DNA of 61,174 nucleotides. It comes from an uncultured Thermoanaerobaculia bacterium (GTDB lineage Bacteria > Acidobacteriota > Thermoanaerobaculia > Thermoanaerobaculales > Sulfomarinibacteraceae). Below are positions 58,387 through 61,174 of this stretch, piece after piece. The stretch's first letter is position 1. The number at the start of each line of letters is the position of its first letter. The notes below the pieces were generated by a model, which did not search any database, was not told the DNA's origin, and worked only from the letters and a program-made list of their open reading frames with translations. The stretch is from the NCBI GenBank assembly GCA_964512045.1, contig CAZEJK010000001.1:54398-115571 (forward strand), in the 5' to 3' direction. A program made the translations under genes and the position numbers.

Positions 58387-59268
58387 ATGGCGCGTCGCTT
58401 GAACACCATCATCATCGTCCCACACAACAAGACGAAGTTCACGAAGCTGACGTTCTCCACCCGGACCTTCATGCTGGCGGCCGGTGGCGTGTCGGTTGCC
58501 TTGCTGTTGGCGGTGTTCGCGTTGGCCTACGCCGGCAACGCCGTCCATCGGCGAGCGGAGCTGAACCGGCTCCGGGCTGAGAATGCCGAGCTGAAAACGG
58601 TGAACCTCCAGCTGGAGGACGCCGTGGCTTCGGTGCAGGGTCAGCTGGAGGAGTTCGAGGCGCGCACCTCGCGACTTGCACTGGCGGCGGGTGTGGAGAG
58701 CACGTTGGCGCCGATGCTCGGAGGCGGGCTCGGTACCGATGCGGCTGGCAGCGGCGGTCCCTACGACCGCCTGACGTTCGGCCCGGCCGAGATGGATCAT
58801 ATCGGCGGCAGAATCGATACGTTGTTGGCCGAGATCGAGGGCGAGCTCGGAGAACGGCGACGTTCGCTGTCCTGCACGCCTTCTGTGGCGCCCGTTCGCG
58901 GCGTGTACACCGACGGCTTCGGACGGCGAAAGGATCCGTTTACTGGAAGGTGGGCGTGGCACCGCGGGCTCGACATCTCTGCTCGCAAAGGTGCCGAGGT
59001 CAGGGCGCCGGCGGACGGGGTCGTGGTGTTTTCCGGGTGGGACTCCGGGTATGGACGGGTGCTGCGGATCTCGCACGGTTTTGGCTACACCACCGTGTTC
59101 GCCCACCTCCACGCCGTACTGGTGGAGTCTGGTGATGAGGTGACCCGAGGGCAGGCGATCGCCCAGGTTGGAAGCACTGGTCGTTCCACGGGACCACACC
59201 TCCACTACGAGGTGCATGCCGACGGCAAGGCCGTGAATCCGCTGTACTACATTCTAAACGCCCACTGA
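58387..59268 (+). CDS. M23 family metallopeptidase (membrane-anchored, with a coiled coil)
   Basis: HRGLDISA...GYGRVLRISHGFGYTTVFAHLH...GSTGRSTGPHLHYEV contains the HxxxD and HxH zinc motifs. The start could be 58351, 58363 or 58387. Confidence 0.88.
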   Translation: MARRLNTIIIVPHNKTKFTKLTFSTRTFMLAAGGVSVALLLAVFALAYAGNAVHRRAELNRLRAENAELKTVNLQLEDAVASVQGQLEEFEARTSRLALAAGVESTLAPMLGGGLGTDAAGSGGPYDRLTFGPAEMDHIGGRIDTLLAEIEGELGERRRSLSCTPSVAPVRGVYTDGFGRRKDPFTGRWAWHRGLDISARKGAEVRAPADGVVVFSGWDSGYGRVLRISHGFGYTTVFAHLHAVLVESGDEVTRGQAIAQVGSTGRSTGPHLHYEVHADGKAVNPLYYILNAH

Positions 59269-59363
59269 GGTTCGCCCGACGGCGATTGCCAGAGGCGCGA
59301 GCCTGAGGGCGGAGCCGACCGTCGCGGTGGGCCGGTCGGAGGCACGCACCCGAGAGGTACTGC

Positions 59364-61174
59364 ATGAACGTGTTGGACAAGGCGGTGAGCGCGGTCTTCG
59401 GGACCAAGCATGACCGCGACATCAAGAAGATGCGGCCGCGGATCGCAGCGATCAACGGTCTCGAGCCAGAGATCTCGGCTCTCTCGGACGACCAGCTGCG
59501 CTCGCGACTGGACGTGATTCGGCAACGGGTGCGTGCGGCCGCTGCGGATCTTCCCGACGATCCCGTTGCACGTCGCATGAAGCTCCAGCCGGTTCTGGAC
59601 TCCGAGCTCGTCGAGGTGTTCGCCATCGTCCGCGAGGCGTCGCGGCGGACCGTCGGTATGCGGCACTTCGACGTGCAGCTCGTCGGCGGCATCGTCCTCC
59701 ACGAGGGCTCCATCGCCGAGATGAAGACCGGCGAAGGAAAGACGCTGGTCGCAACGCTGCCGATGGTTCTCAACGCGATCACCGGGCGGGGTGCGCACCT
59801 CGTCACGGTCAACGACTACCTCGCACGGCGTGATGCCGAGTGGATGGGCGCGATCTATCAGTTCCTGGGCCTGACGGTCGGCTGCATTCAGAACGAGATG
59901 GGCGACAGCGAGCGGGTCGCCGCGTACGGCGCCGATATCACCTACGGTACGAACAACGAGTTCGGTTTCGACTACCTGCGCGACAACATGAAGTTCGACG
60001 CCGCCCAGATGGTGCAGCGCGGTCACATCTACGCCATCGTCGATGAGGTGGACTCCATCCTGGTCGATGAGGCGCGCACTCCGCTGATCATCTCCGGACC
60101 CTCCGAGGTCTCGGTGGATCTGTACTACAAGGTGGATCGGATCATCCCGAAGCTCCAGCGCGGCGAGGAGCTGACCGACGAGCACGGGAACAAGACGGTC
60201 ACCGGAGACTTTCTGGTCGATGAGAAGGCGCAGACGGCCGCGCTGACCGAGCAGGGGATCGCCCGCGCCGAGAAGCTTCTCGGCGTCGACAACCTGTACG
60301 ATCCGACGAACATCGAGATCCTGCACGCGGTCAATCAGGGCGTGCGAGCGCACTCACTGTTCCAGCGGGACACCGAGTACATCATCAAGGACGGCGAGGT
60401 CGTGATCGTCGATGAGTTCACTGGCCGCCTGATGCCGGGAAGGCGGTGGTCCGACGGGCTCCACCAGGCGGTCGAGGCGAAGGAAGGCGTCAAGATCCAG
60501 TCGGAGAACCAGACGCTGGCGACCGTGACGTTGCAGAACTACTTCCGAATGTACGAGAAGCTGGCCGGCATGACCGGTACGGCGGAGACCGAGGCCGAGG
60601 AGTTCGCGAAGATCTACAACCTCGACGTGACGGTCATCCCCACCAACCGCCCGATGCGGCGGGCCGACCATCCGGACCTCGTCTACAAGACGGAGAAGGA
60701 GAAGTTCCGGGCGGTGATCGACCAGATCGCCGAGTGCCAGAGCAGGGACCAGCCGGCCCTGGTCGGTACGGTCTCGATCGAGAAGTCCGAGCGACTGGCC
60801 AAGATGCTGCAGCGTCGTGGCGTTCGTCACGTCGTACTGAACGCCAAGTACCACGAGCGAGAGGCGGATATCGTGGCTCAGGCGGGCCGGGCGGGCGCGG
60901 TGACGATCGCCACCAACATGGCCGGCCGTGGTACCGACATCGTGCTCGGTGGAAATCCGGATGGTCTGGCTCGGAGCGAGTCGGACCCTGCTGGAGATCC
61001 GGAGGCCTACGCGCGCGCGCTGGAGAAGTACACGAAGGTGTGCGCCGATGAGAAGCAGCGGGTGCTCGACGCCGGTGGCCTGTTCATCGTCGGCACCGAA
61101 CGGCACGAGTCGCGCCGGATCGACAACCAGCTGCGCGGGCGTTCCGGTCGCCAGGGCGACCCCGGCGAGTACCG
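59364..61174 (+). CDS. secA: Preprotein translocase ATPase SecA (N-terminal about 603 codons; runs off the window end)
   Basis: My own translation: [27 protein letters not shown]..., [21 protein letters not shown] (Walker A), [20 protein letters not shown] (DEAD-like), [12 protein letters not shown], and [25 protein letters not shown] at the end. Confidence 0.95.
   Translation, partial: MNVLDKAVSAVFGTKHDRDIKKMRPRIAAINGLEPEISALSDDQLRSRLDVIRQRVRAAAADLPDDPVARRMKLQPVLDSELVEVFAIVREASRRTVGMRHFDVQLVGGIVLHEGSIAEMKTGEGKTLVATLPMVLNAITGRGAHLVTVNDYLARRDAEWMGAIYQFLGLTVGCIQNEMGDSERVAAYGADITYGTNNEFGFDYLRDNMKFDAAQMVQRGHIYAIVDEVDSILVDEARTPLIISGPSEVSVDLYYKVDRIIPKLQRGEELTDEHGNKTVTGDFLVDEKAQTAALTEQGIARAEKLLGVDNLYDPTNIEILHAVNQGVRAHSLFQRDTEYIIKDGEVVIVDEFTGRLMPGRRWSDGLHQAVEAKEGVKIQSENQTLATVTLQNYFRMYEKLAGMTGTAETEAEEFAKIYNLDVTVIPTNRPMRRADHPDLVYKTEKEKFRAVIDQIAECQSRDQPALVGTVSIEKSERLAKMLQRRGVRHVVLNAKYHEREADIVAQAGRAGAVTIATNMAGRGTDIVLGGNPDGLARSESDPAGDPEAYARALEKYTKVCADEKQRVLDAGGLFIVGTERHESRRIDNQLRGRSGRQGDPGEY

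Overview
GC-rich bacterial chromosomal segment; third codon positions are almost all G/C, which produces many long antisense shadow ORFs. It is gene-dense: I call about 47 protein genes. I found no rRNA, tRNA, CRISPR array, transposase or integrase. Layout: (1) 1-2564, a minus-strand run lon / hsp20 / nrdR / LPG-synthase-TM-like membrane protein with overlapping stops and starts. (2) 2571-10853: deacetylase, a 4-repeat secreted Ig-like protein, pcnB, ligA and an NtrC-type sigma54 activator. (3) 10854-22074: two repeat-bearing spacers, a decayed PAS/Fis sigma54-activator homologue, an Acidobacteria-type VWFA protein, a TPR + 2x cNMP-binding protein divergent from an S55-like peptidase / propeller-like protein / coaD / GT4 run. 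(4) 22232-26946: an XRE-HTH / TPR / secreted-protein operon with a near-consensus sigma70 promoter, divergent from a sigma54-type promoter and an FG-GAP protein. (5) 27.1-46.5 kb, the most unusual part: an orphan secreted protein with strong expression signals, a 1817-aa LVIVD/PKD/BACON-like surface protein with a nested domain insertion, a YfhO-like membrane protein, a Wzm/Wzt exporter translationally coupled to a radical-SAM/SPASM enzyme with an RRE-like N-terminus, glycosyltransferases, a methyltransferase, a GNAT-like protein and a LAB_N membrane protein carrying G8/G9 tracts. (6) 46.4-61.2 kb: an unknown helical protein, hpt, ridA, yqeB-like, patatin, a zinc-ribbon-anchored polysaccharide deacetylase, pgsA, an MMPL/RND transporter, a Lon-like protease with a Walker-A Lys-to-Arg change, an M23 peptidase and secA (truncated). 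The TIGR03436-like VWFA protein and the LVIVD and FG-GAP content suggest an Acidobacteriota-like organism; this is inference only. All family calls come from reading motifs by eye, and no searches were run.
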